DNA from: an uncultured Solirubrobacterales bacterium
GTDB lineage: Bacteria > Actinomycetota > Thermoleophilia > Solirubrobacterales > Solirubrobacteraceae
Direction of reading: 5' to 3'
DNA length: 64,000 nt
Assembly (NCBI GenBank): GCA_963760155.1
Contig: CAVXBL010000003.1
Span: forward strand, 58,663 to 122,662
Shown here: positions 19,219-27,859 of the stretch, one piece after another
How positions within the stretch are numbered: the first letter of the stretch is position 1
Layout of the letters: every line of letters begins with the position of its first letter
Position numbers and translations under genes: made by a program
Notes under the pieces: generated by a model
Seen by the model: only the letters and a program-made list of their open reading frames with translations
Databases searched by the model: none
Told to the model about the DNA's origin: nothing

Positions 19219-19625
19219 CACAGGCCTCCGTTCACGATGCGCCCCGACCGGCGACCCTCGCGCGCCGCCGCCACACGCTCACGCTCGCCCGGTGACAGGT
19301 GCGTCTCCACGTAACCCTGAGAGGCTGCGGCTGCGGACGTGCCGCCGCTCAGACCGAGGCTTTGCAGGTAGCTCCGCGTGCCTGAGGGGTCTTTGTCGTA
19401 GCACTCGGCGAAGTGCCCGCGCAGCGCACCGCCGATAACACCCTGATGCACCGCCGCGTCCAACAGCGTCTCACGGTCAAGGAAGCTGTTGGCTCTGGCG
19501 GTCGTAGCCGCGCTGACCTTCTGCCTGGGGGTGTAGTTACCTTGCGCCCTCGCTGCGCGCGCTTGCTGCCTGCCCGCCATGCGGTCCGCCGGTGGTCCGG
19601 CGAACTGCGCAATGAGTCGGCTCAT
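19218..19625 (-). CDS. Hypothetical protein, possibly similar to the C-terminal domain of phage head scaffold/protease
   Basis: LDAAVHQGVI.....GHF..CYDKDPSGTRSYLQSL resembles the DAA..G.I.PA...HW......DP.GT...L pattern; ATGA overlap with the upstream gene. Confidence 0.55.
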   Translation of the reverse strand: MSRLIAQFAGPPADRMAGRQQARAARAQGNYTPRQKVSAATTARANSFLDRETLLDAAVHQGVIGGALRGHFAECYDKDPSGTRSYLQSLGLSGGTSAAAASQGYVETHLSPGERERVAAAREGRRSGRIVNGGL

Positions 19626-20593
19626 GCCGGTACTCCTTTCGTGATCTCAGTGAGTTGGTCGATTACCGTTTGGCGGACGGCGCTGCCACCCGCCACAAGC
19701 TCGGCGTCGATCAACCGCTGCGCCATCGCCGCGTTACCTTCAGCAGCCGCGACGACAACATCAGCCGACGGCTTCGGATTGCCATCGAACTGGCCGGTGC
19801 TCATCAGCCAATCGACCAAGTCCTCGTCGTCTAGGTCGTTCAACTCGACCTCGCCGTATTGCTCGTCGTCAGCGACAGGCTGCGGACGCTGCGACAACAC
19901 CTGCGCTTCCAGCGCGCGGCCCTCCTGCTCGGTGGCTCGGCGCTCCGGCGTCAGGCTGCCCGCGTAGGAGCGCTCGAAGAACTCCTGATCGCGCCGGTCT
20001 TCCTCGACTGGGTCGCCGGACGGTGGCGCGGGAATGTCCGAGTAGGGGAAGTGGGCAGTGGGCAACTCGGCTCCCTGCACCGTGCGCTCGATCCAGTGCT
20101 CAAGACGACCGTAGTGCCCGCGCTTGGCGCGTAGTGCCGCCGCCTGCGCTAGCAGCGCGCGCACTTCACCATCCACACTGCCTTGAAACGCGGCGATCTC
20201 TCCAAGCCACTCCTGCCGGTGTTCGAGCACGAGCGCGATGCAGGAGTTCAGATGCTCAGTGAGCGCTTCCGACGCCGCCTGCGCGTGCTCCTGCGCCTCG
20301 ACCAGTTCCGCCTTCAACTCCTCGCCATCGCCGCCGGGCTGCGGGTCGGTCTGCCCGGCGAGGTAAGCCTCCCGCAGCGCGGTCGTGCGCTGCTCCGCGT
20401 CCGCCTCGATGCGCGCTTCCAGATCACGCCGCCGCTCCCCAGCGGCTTGCCTCGCGGCGCGTAGCTGCTGTGCCTTCTCGCGCGCCTCCGTCAACTCAGG
20501 GAACGCCTCGATATCCGGTAGCCAGCCCTCCGACCAAACGGCCGGAGCCGTCCCTGTACCTGTAATCCTTGCGAACGTAACAGTGTTACTCAT
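19622..20593 (-). CDS. Coiled-coil hypothetical protein
   Basis: 323 aa, long A/E/R-rich helices; first gene of the minus-strand operon. Confidence 0.7.
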   Translation of the reverse strand: MSNTVTFARITGTGTAPAVWSEGWLPDIEAFPELTEAREKAQQLRAARQAAGERRRDLEARIEADAEQRTTALREAYLAGQTDPQPGGDGEELKAELVEAQEHAQAASEALTEHLNSCIALVLEHRQEWLGEIAAFQGSVDGEVRALLAQAAALRAKRGHYGRLEHWIERTVQGAELPTAHFPYSDIPAPPSGDPVEEDRRDQEFFERSYAGSLTPERRATEQEGRALEAQVLSQRPQPVADDEQYGEVELNDLDDEDLVDWLMSTGQFDGNPKPSADVVVAAAEGNAAMAQRLIDAELVAGGSAVRQTVIDQLTEITKGVPA

Positions 20594-20718
20594 GGCGACC
20601 TCTCTGCGGTGTGGTGGGCGTTACCTCCTGAGCATTACGGTACGCCAACTTCCGAACCCTGAGACTCCAACTTGGAAGTTGGAAACTTTGACTCCCAAAT
20701 AACCAATAAGCTACGGCC

Positions 20719-21318
20719 GTGGCGCACACCAAAGAGCAACGAGACCACTCCAGCTTGTGTAACGCGCGCAAGCGCAATGGGGACCGTTGCCGCGCCTTCG
20801 CGGGACAAGGCACAAATCACCCTGGCGTTGGTCCCTGTAAACACCATTTGGGTAACTCATTGGCGCACGAAAAGAAAGCAATCGCGCTCAACCTCAAGCG
20901 GCAGATGGTCACATATGGGGAGCCCGTCGAGGACGTCTCTGCGCTCGATGCTCTGCTACAGGAGTTGGCCGCAGCCGTCGGCCATACCGGCTGGTTGCGT
21001 GCCCGGATCGCCGACCTAAGCCAAGACGAGCTCGGCACCGCATACGGCGTCGCGCTTGTCCGCCTCTACGATTCGGAGCGCGATCGCAAGGCTCGCGTGG
21101 CGCGTCTCGCCATCGAGAGCGGGGTCGATGAGGCAAAGATCCGCGTTATGGAGGGGCAAATCCAGATGCTGGGTGCTGCGCTGGCGCGAGCTTGTGACCT
21201 CGCGGGCCTCAGCGAGCCGGTCAAGCGCAAGGTTGGAACGTTCCTGCGCGACGAGCTTGCCGCAGCCCAAGCCAAGCCGCAGGAGCAACGGCTCATAGAG
21301 GACAACGGAAGGCGCTAA
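20719..21318 (+). CDS. HGGxSTG-type zinc-finger protein, probable small terminase-like
   Basis: CNARKRNGDRCRAFAGQGTNHPGVGPCKHHLG (C-x10-C...C-x2-H) followed by a helical oligomerisation-like region. Confidence 0.65.
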   Translation: MAHTKEQRDHSSLCNARKRNGDRCRAFAGQGTNHPGVGPCKHHLGNSLAHEKKAIALNLKRQMVTYGEPVEDVSALDALLQELAAAVGHTGWLRARIADLSQDELGTAYGVALVRLYDSERDRKARVARLAIESGVDEAKIRVMEGQIQMLGAALARACDLAGLSEPVKRKVGTFLRDELAAAQAKPQEQRLIEDNGRR

Positions 21319-21702
21319 AGGGTAACAACGGGCGGGGGTGACGGGCGGTAGTTTTCCAACTTGAAGCTGCGCCTTTACAACCCAGGCTCGCCTGCTATAC
21401 ACTTCCAGTAGCCATTCGGACCCCACATATCGGGTCTAGCTCTGAATGCGTTGACCAGCGAAGGTGTGCTCAGTGAACAACCACTGTGATGAGCCTTCCG
21501 AGCCGGGCTTACCCGGTGGGAAGCGCAAGTAGGTGGCAGGCGCGGGTAGTGGTCATCCCCGCGTATCACGGGCGGTTGTTTCGCCGGGACTGGGAGCGGT
21601 CCAAATCTCGACTCATTTGAGAAGTCTTCCCGAAAGGGCAGACGGGCGCGTGAGTTCGGGGTTTGGACCTTGCACGCCCGCCTGCCCGTGAAAGGAAGTT
21701 CG

Positions 21703-21900
21703 ATGAGTACCGCGCAGAAGGAGAAGCTCCTGACACCGGAGGAAGTCTGCGAACGGTTGAATGTCACTCGCCGCTGGCTCCGCAGGGCAGACGAGAAACA
21801 GACCCTCCCCCGCGTCAAGGTCGGCTCGCTAAATCGCTACCCGGAGTCGGCCATCGAGTCATACATCGAGTCCCAAAGCGTCCCAGCCTTGGACTCATGA
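21703..21900 (+). CDS. Excisionase-like HTH (HTH_17)
   Basis: LLTPEEVCERLNVTRRWL......LPRVKVG...RY. Confidence 0.85.
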   Translation: MSTAQKEKLLTPEEVCERLNVTRRWLRRADEKQTLPRVKVGSLNRYPESAIESYIESQSVPALDS

Positions 21901-21901
21901 T

Positions 21902-22897
21902 ATGGCTAACCGAACAAGCGGGAGGGCAAGACGTGTAGCGAAACACGCCTGCCCTCGCCAAGAGACAGAACACCACTCGACCACCGCTGAGGAGGTAGCC
22001 AATCAGAAGTATACGCCAAACCGGCACACAGGTACCTGCCCGGTCTGTGAAGGAGCGGGGTGCCTCACGGTTGAGCGGCGCGCTGATGGGCGCGACTGGT
22101 GGGTGAACTGCTGGAAAGCTGACTGCCTCAAGGGCGGCGCGTACCTGCGCGAGCTCGCGGTGCTCGCGGGTGCTCCGGGCGGTAGTGCGATCCTGAGCGA
22201 TCCCCTACGGTGGCTAGCGTCGTATCTGGACGAGCCATCAGCCACCGGGAACGGTGAGGCCGACAAGCTGCCATCGGAAGCGTCATGCGCAGGGTGGCAG
22301 TCACGCCTATTCTCTGAATACGCGGCGCTTGATTACCTCACAGATGAGCGCGGCCTGACGGACGAGACGATCCGCGAGTTCGGGATCGGCTGGGGTGGTG
22401 ATGCGTTTACATTCCCGGTCTACGACGAGCAGGGAACCATGGTGCAGCTTGTCCGGCGACGGTGGCCGGAGCCGTGGATTATCAGGGGTAAGCGTGTGCC
22501 CTACAAGGTGCTCAAGGGCCACGGCGCGCAGCTATATCCGCAACCTCTATCGGAGGGCGGCTGGCTACTTTTGGCCGGCACGCTCGATGCAATTTTGGGG
22601 AGACAACACGGCCTGCCTACGGTGACGAGTATCTGCGGGACTTCCTTCCCTCAGAAGTGGGAGCCGCTGGTGAGCGGGCGTAAGGTGTTCGTCTGTTACG
22701 ACGTCGGCGAGGAGAAGGCGATGGACAGTCGCGTGTCTCACCTGCGAGCCGCCGGTGCGGTGGCAACGCCGGTGCGGCTCAACCGCCTACTCCGTCGAGG
22801 CGACGGCAAGGATCTCAGCGATGCCCTCACCGGCGGCTACACCGCGCAGGACATTATCCGCCTCATCGAACGCGAGCGCAGGAGGCAGGCGGCATGA
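21902..22897 (+). CDS. Primase-like protein (Zn finger + Toprim) with degenerate catalytic motifs
   Basis: CPVC...C...C, YL..ERGL..ETI..F.IG, FPVYD..G, LLLAGTLDA (EGxxDA position), YDVG and KDLSD. Confidence 0.8.
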   Translation: MANRTSGRARRVAKHACPRQETEHHSTTAEEVANQKYTPNRHTGTCPVCEGAGCLTVERRADGRDWWVNCWKADCLKGGAYLRELAVLAGAPGGSAILSDPLRWLASYLDEPSATGNGEADKLPSEASCAGWQSRLFSEYAALDYLTDERGLTDETIREFGIGWGGDAFTFPVYDEQGTMVQLVRRRWPEPWIIRGKRVPYKVLKGHGAQLYPQPLSEGGWLLLAGTLDAILGRQHGLPTVTSICGTSFPQKWEPLVSGRKVFVCYDVGEEKAMDSRVSHLRAAGAVATPVRLNRLLRRGDGKDLSDALTGGYTAQDIIRLIERERRRQAA

Positions 22898-22927
22898 CGA
22901 TTCTCCTGAGGCAGTCCGCTTGAGGAG

Positions 22928-24013
22928 GTGGACACGATGGCCAAGATTCCATTCGACGTCACAGGTGTGGTGTCGCAGCCACCTTCGCAGCGCATGAAGC
23001 GTATGTCCACCGAGGACGTCGTCCGCGTGGAAGTCGTGGACAAGGAGGTTGAGGCAGGTAGCTTTGCCGCGCGTGTCGAGGCTCGTCAAGTTGACCTCGT
23101 GCAGTTGATAGAGCAAGGGCTACCGCCGCTCGAATACCTACCAGCTTCGGACGGGATGCTCGTGGGTGGCAAGCGTCACCTTATTGCAGCGCCAGCCAAG
23201 GTCGGCAAGTCAATAAGCATGTTGGTGCATTTCGTAGACATGGTGCTGGCGAACGGCAACGTGGTCATACTCGACCGGGAGAACGGCAGTGATCTCTACG
23301 CCAAGCGTCTTGCCGACATATTCGCCGCGCGGAAACTGACTAAGAAGCAGCGCGAGCAGGTGCGCGCAGGGCTGCACTATTACGAGTTCCCTCAACTGCG
23401 CAGCGGCGATGCAGACGCGCTGGCCGAGCACTTCGCAAGCGCCGATCTAGTCGTGTTCGATGCACAGCGCATGTTCCTGTCCGATTTCGGCCTGAAGGAG
23501 AGCGTGTCAGACGACTACGCAGAGTTCATGTCCTACGCGATAGACCCTCTATTCCGAGCGCGCATCGCCACACTGATCCTAGACAACACCGGCCACAAGG
23601 AGCAGACGCGCGGTCGCGGCACGGCCGCCAAGGGCGACCTCAACGAGTTGTTGTTTTCGATGGACACCCTCTCGGAGTTCGATCTGTACCGCCCAGGCAG
23701 GCTCAGGCTCAAGGTGGAGTTCTCGCGGTCCGGTACGAGCGGCGAGTGGACAATGGACATCGGCGGCGGTCACTTCACCTCATGGCAGTCAACGGTAGAT
23801 ACCTCGTCGCATGACAGAGACGACTTTCTGGACGCTGTAAAGGCCGCGCTCAATGGCAGACAACTCGGCGCGGACAAGCTGATAAAGGTAGCACGGGACA
23901 AAGAGGTAAGCATCGGCACCGATCACGCTAGGAGGCTGCTGGATCAGTACGTGACCGACCCATCAATCCCCATTTCCAAGACCCCGAAGGGATACCAAAA
24001 TGATGCTGTGTAG
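22928..24013 (+). CDS. AAA_25/RepA-like replicative helicase
   Basis: Walker A APAKVGKS, Walker B LVVFD, DNTGH...RGRGTAA; follows the primase. Confidence 0.8.
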   Translation: MDTMAKIPFDVTGVVSQPPSQRMKRMSTEDVVRVEVVDKEVEAGSFAARVEARQVDLVQLIEQGLPPLEYLPASDGMLVGGKRHLIAAPAKVGKSISMLVHFVDMVLANGNVVILDRENGSDLYAKRLADIFAARKLTKKQREQVRAGLHYYEFPQLRSGDADALAEHFASADLVVFDAQRMFLSDFGLKESVSDDYAEFMSYAIDPLFRARIATLILDNTGHKEQTRGRGTAAKGDLNELLFSMDTLSEFDLYRPGRLRLKVEFSRSGTSGEWTMDIGGGHFTSWQSTVDTSSHDRDDFLDAVKAALNGRQLGADKLIKVARDKEVSIGTDHARRLLDQYVTDPSIPISKTPKGYQNDAV

Positions 24014-24302
24014 ACCCGCCGTTTGGGCGCGGCGGGGGTCAGTTTGCGGCGGGTCTACGGCGGGGGTGCCCCGAAACACCCAAAATCTGGCTCTATTACT
24101 GGGAATAACCCCCGCCGCCAGAGGCGCGGCGGGTCTGCGGCGGGACCCCCCGCCGCCCCTCTCCCCTCTAGGGAGGGGCGGGTCCTGGCGCGGCGGGGGC
24201 GGGGCAACCCGCAATTCATCCTCAAAATTTGACCGCCACCCCAAGCGCTCGCCCTCCGTCCGGCGGCACAGCGTCAAGAGTCATTGTCGTGTCAAGAGTC
24301 AT
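24014..24302. repeat. GC-rich iteron-like cluster after the helicase (candidate origin)
   Basis: GGCGCGGCGGG at 24026, 24123 and 24187; further GCGGCGGG and inverted CCCGCCGC copies; GTCAAGAGTCAT at 24273 and 24291. Confidence 0.55.
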
Positions 24303-24567
24303 CGGAGATCACATGCTCACCAAGACAATCGCCATATTCACCTACCTAGCGGCATCCATCCTGCTGACCTACGCCCTGGCAGTGGCCGCGCACGTAGCCA
24401 CGTAGCGCCCACGTAGGGCGGCAACCTGTACCCTATTCACCCATACAACCGCTGAGGATTCAGATAAAGATTTCACCATACGACCCCGTAACGACCCTAT
24501 TTGTTGCAGATTCGCGCTATCTTTCGTAGACAGACAATCGTCTGCGCATACGAAACCGGGAGGCATC

Positions 24568-24963
24568 ATGCCAGCAGTAAAGAAGTTCACCATTACACCG
24601 TTGAAGTTCGATCAGAACCTCGTTGAGCAGGTAACGCACCGCCGGGCAGACGGCGAGAATATCGCCACCATAGCCACAGCGTTGAAGATGGGCGCTGGCA
24701 AGGTGGCGTTCGCTGAGTTGATCGCCACGACCACACGCGTCACCATCACCGACCCGGCGAAGCTGGCGCGCACCATCAGCAAGGACAGGCACAACGGCAA
24801 GTCGTGGGGCTGGCTGGCTGCGCGCTACGGCGTGACAGAGGGCACATGCCGCGCCGCGTTCGTGGCCGCCAGCGGCCAACCATTCACATCAATCGACTAC
24901 CGCCGCAAGGCAAAGGCAGCCGGCAAGACGACCAAGCCTGCACAGGCCAAGGCAGGTGCGTGA
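24568..24963 (+). CDS. Putative double-HTH DNA-binding protein coupled to the integrase
   Basis: GENIATIATALKMG and GKSWGWLAARYGVTEG HTH-like segments; TGATG overlap with int. Confidence 0.6.
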   Translation: MPAVKKFTITPLKFDQNLVEQVTHRRADGENIATIATALKMGAGKVAFAELIATTTRVTITDPAKLARTISKDRHNGKSWGWLAARYGVTEGTCRAAFVAASGQPFTSIDYRRKAKAAGKTTKPAQAKAGA

Positions 24964-26207
24964 TGGCGGGCCACATCAGGAAGCGGGGCAAGCGCGCAGA
25001 CGGCACGATCAAGTGGCAGGCGCGCTATCCCGATCCAACAGACCCCACCGGACAGCGCCGCATCGAGAAGGGCGGCTTCAACAGCAGGAAAGAAGCGGAA
25101 GACTGGCTGACCAATCAGCAGGCGTCGGTGCTGCACGGCGAACACCGCGACCCGCGCCAGGCGCAGCGCACATTCGTGGAGGCGGTAGAGGCGTGGCGTG
25201 AGACGCGCAAGCCTCTACTCTCGCCCAACACGCAAGAACGCTATGAGGACATTCTGCGCCTGCGGCTGATGCCTGAGTTCGGTCATCTGCCGCTCACGGC
25301 GATGACGCGCGAAGTCCTCAAGCGCTACTTCGCACGATTGGGCCGCGAGGGCAAGACCGGCGGCAAGAAGGAGCGCGCAGGCAAGCCGCTCGCCAACGGC
25401 ACCGTGCGCAAGATTCACTGTGTCCTGTCGGCGGTGCTGAGCGAGGCCGTCGAGATGGACATGATCCGGGCCAACCTCGCGCAGCGCATGAGGCTCCCCG
25501 CCTCGCCCCGGCGGAAGATGACGATCCTCACGCAGCAAGAGGTTCGCGCTCTCGCGGACGCAACCGACGAGCACTACAGGACAGCCGTGCTGCTCGATGC
25601 CAACACGGGGATGCGCGCGAGCGAGCTATGGGCGTTGCGGCGCATGGACGTTGACCTGCTGCGCGGCGTGCTGCACATTCGCTTCGCGGTCAAGCGCGAC
25701 ACCGCCCGCCCGGACGCGCCGCCGGAGACGGTGGATAGGTACGGGCGTGAGATCGGCCCGCCTAAGAACGGCAGGCCGCGCACGATCGCCATCGGCAAGG
25801 CCACCTGCGCGATGCTGGCGCAGCACTTGACCCGGCCCGCTCCCGGCGGCAATGGCCCTGAGACGTTGGTATTCCTCACCGAGACGGGCTGCGCCGTTCG
25901 GCATGGGGTGTTCATGCGTGAGGTGTTCGCCGAGGCGGTCAAGGAGCTACCGGCGGACAAGCGCAAACTTCGTTTTCACGATCTGAGGCACACCTGCGCT
26001 TCATTGCTCGTGGCGCAGGGCTCCCCCATGCTCTACGTCAAGGAACGCCTCGGCCACTCGTCAATCACGACGACGATCAACCTCTACGGCCACATGTTCC
26101 CGTCCGTGGAGGCGAGCCTTGCCGACGCCCTGGACGGCATGTACGCCGAGGATGCCGGCGTTGACGAGGACAACGTGACGCCCCTGCGCGCCGCCGGAGG
26201 CGCGTGA
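24963..26207 (+). CDS. Tyrosine recombinase/integrase (intact)
   Basis: Arm-binding N-terminus (KWQARY...GGF...KEA), TGMRASELWAL, PKNG, FHDLRHTCASLL and LGHSSI.TT.NLYGH. Confidence 0.95.
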   Translation: MAGHIRKRGKRADGTIKWQARYPDPTDPTGQRRIEKGGFNSRKEAEDWLTNQQASVLHGEHRDPRQAQRTFVEAVEAWRETRKPLLSPNTQERYEDILRLRLMPEFGHLPLTAMTREVLKRYFARLGREGKTGGKKERAGKPLANGTVRKIHCVLSAVLSEAVEMDMIRANLAQRMRLPASPRRKMTILTQQEVRALADATDEHYRTAVLLDANTGMRASELWALRRMDVDLLRGVLHIRFAVKRDTARPDAPPETVDRYGREIGPPKNGRPRTIAIGKATCAMLAQHLTRPAPGGNGPETLVFLTETGCAVRHGVFMREVFAEAVKELPADKRKLRFHDLRHTCASLLVAQGSPMLYVKERLGHSSITTTINLYGHMFPSVEASLADALDGMYAEDAGVDEDNVTPLRAAGGA

Positions 26208-26389
26208 TGGGCGTGGGAAGCTGCCCGGAGGATTACCGATGCCCGACGTGTGGCTGCGACTATCGGAGGCTCGACGCGACTACATGGTACTGCCCCTTCT
26301 GCGACGCCAAGATGGTTGAGACGGAGGGCCGACGACTCACGCAGGAGGAAACCAAAGCACTGTTCGGCAAGCAGGCGCAGGGCGGGTGA
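26204..26389 (+). CDS. Small zinc-ribbon protein
   Basis: CPTCG...YCPFCD; overlaps the integrase stop. Confidence 0.6.
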   Translation: MMGVGSCPEDYRCPTCGCDYRRLDATTWYCPFCDAKMVETEGRRLTQEETKALFGKQAQGG

Positions 26390-26432
26390 GCGAGCACCGC
26401 GCCCTGTACGAGCGGCGCGGCCTCCCTGCTGC

Positions 26433-26687
26433 CTACTGCGCGATCTGATCGAAGTGCAGCGCGGCGCGTGTCGGGAATATCAAGCCGTCCGCCGTGTGGT
26501 GAATCAAGCCGATGCCGCTCAGACGTTTGATCGCGTCCTGCACGTTCTCCGGTTTCGCGCGTTTGTCGCGGTCGCGGATCATCTCCTCGACCGACCAAGG
26601 CCGCTGATCGTCCTCACTCAGCAGCCGTTCCATAACGGCCCAGTCGTCTCTGTCCTCTTCTTCGGCTATGCGGTTGTCGTCGTCCAT
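26433..26687 (-). CDS. Small winged-helix protein (paralog 2)
   Basis: RPWSVEEMIRD.....VQDAIKRL..IGLI....G..FPTRAA. Confidence 0.65.
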   Translation of the reverse strand: MDDDNRIAEEEDRDDWAVMERLLSEDDQRPWSVEEMIRDRDKRAKPENVQDAIKRLSGIGLIHHTADGLIFPTRAALHFDQIAQ

Positions 26688-26941
26688 CAGAACGACAACT
26701 CCGCAGCCCTGACCGCTGCTCTCGTCGGCGTCCACTGCTCGCCCTCGTGTAGCGCGAGGCCATCGGTAACGAGCACCGCGAGCGCCTGCTCCACTTCGGA
26801 GCGTTCGTTCGGCTTGTTGGGGTCGCGGTCGAGCGCGCGGCAGATTGGCTCGAACGTCCGGGCGTTATCGTGGACCAGGACGTGGAGCACGACCGCCGCC
26901 AATAGGTCGATGTGCTGCGAGATACCATCGTTGTCGGGCAT
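26687..26941 (-). CDS. Small winged-helix protein (paralog 1)
   Basis: EVEQALAVLVTDGLA......WTPTRAA; TGATG-coupled to paralog 2. Confidence 0.6.
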   Translation of the reverse strand: MPDNDGISQHIDLLAAVVLHVLVHDNARTFEPICRALDRDPNKPNERSEVEQALAVLVTDGLALHEGEQWTPTRAAVRAAELSF

Positions 26942-27262
26942 GGGGAGTCACAACCTCCTGGTGTCCAGAGCCGCGTGGCGCGTCAATCGCTGCGCGGCTC
27001 ACTTTGTAGGGCTTGTCACTAGCAAACGCTACGTGCCCAACCGGCGGGACCAGCCGCCACCGGAAGCCCGTCCCAGCGCAGGCCACACACAGGCCACGCC
27101 TACGGCCCTGCGATTGCGCAACCCATGTACGGGTGTGCCCTGGGACGCTACGGCGTTTCTACGTGGCCCTAACGCGGGCTGCCCGACCCCGCCTGCCGCG
27201 CCAGGGTCGCTACAGGGTCGCAACGCCCATTTGTTACCGCCCTACTCGGGGTCTGATCGCGC

Positions 27263-27289
27263 AAAAAGCCCAGTAGCTACGGGCTTTTT
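27263..27289 (-). terminator. Intrinsic (bidirectional) terminator downstream of tRNA-Glu
   Basis: AAAAAGCCC-agtagctac-GGGCTTTTT. Confidence 0.75.
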
Positions 27290-27296
27290 CGAGAAG

Positions 27297-27369
27297 TACC
27301 GCCAACGGGATTCGAACCCGTGTTACCGCCGTGAGAGGGCGGCGTCCTAGTCCCCTAGACGATGGCGGC
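27297..27369 (-). tRNA. tRNA-Glu (CTC)
   Basis: GCCGCCA/TGGCGGT acceptor stem, anticodon arm CCGCC-CTCTCAC-GGCGG, GGTTCGAATCC T-loop; CCA not encoded. Confidence 0.96.
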
Positions 27370-27505
27370 TTGTCTAGTCGCCGTCGAGGCTAGCAAAGCG
27401 AGTGGCGCGAAGGGCTGTGGCGGCCCTTGAAAGGCTCCGTCATTCAGGCCGGCGACGCGCGCTCCTGTGCAAGGCGGCCGTACGATATCGTCGCATCCCC
27501 GACAC

Positions 27506-27589
27506 GCGGATGTGGCGGAATTGGTAGACGCGCGGCGTTCAGGTCGCCGTGCCCGTCAGGGCGTGGAGGTTCGAGTCCTCTCATCCGCA
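27506..27589 (+). tRNA. tRNA-Leu (CAG)
   Basis: GCGGATG/CATCCGC acceptor stem, GGAATTGGTAGAC D-arm, CGGCG-TTCAGGT-CGCCG, long variable arm, GGTTCGAGTCC. Confidence 0.96.
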
Positions 27590-27665
27590 TTCCTTCGGAA
27601 CCCAAGTCTTCGGACTCAAACCCGTTGAGCCCGCTTGTGCTTGCCGCTCTACGAGAAGGCAGCCG

Positions 27666-27859
27666 TCAGCGCGGGTTCGGCGGCACCGAAACGCCGAGCT
27701 GTTCGCATATGGCTCGCGTCAGACCCGGCCCGATCTGCCTGTGCCGCGGGAGGGCCGAGACCTCGCCATTCGGCCCACGCCACACTTTGCGTGCTTTGAA
27801 CCGCCTACCTCCCGGCAGCCGTGCTCACGCAGATGACGTTCCAGATCGCGCCGCTTCAC
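27666..27859 (-). pseudogene. hicA: HicA-family toxin, frameshifted (not in ORF track)
   Basis: VKRRDLERHLREHGCREVGGSKHAK / WRGPNGEVSALPRHRQIGPGLTRAICEQLG; frameshift at about 27781-27786; GTGA overlap with the hicB stop. Confidence 0.75.

Larger units (their letters stand above)
15701..27337. mobile_element. ~11.6 kb integrative element (island A), phage-satellite-like
   Basis: 41 bp att repeats, intact integrase, xis-like HTH, primase-like and AAA helicase genes, terS-like gene; no capsid/tail genes recognised. Confidence 0.85.

Noticed and set aside
15742-27296. Complete prophage
   Set aside because: No major capsid, portal, large terminase, tail or lysis genes recognised, and the element is only 11.6 kb
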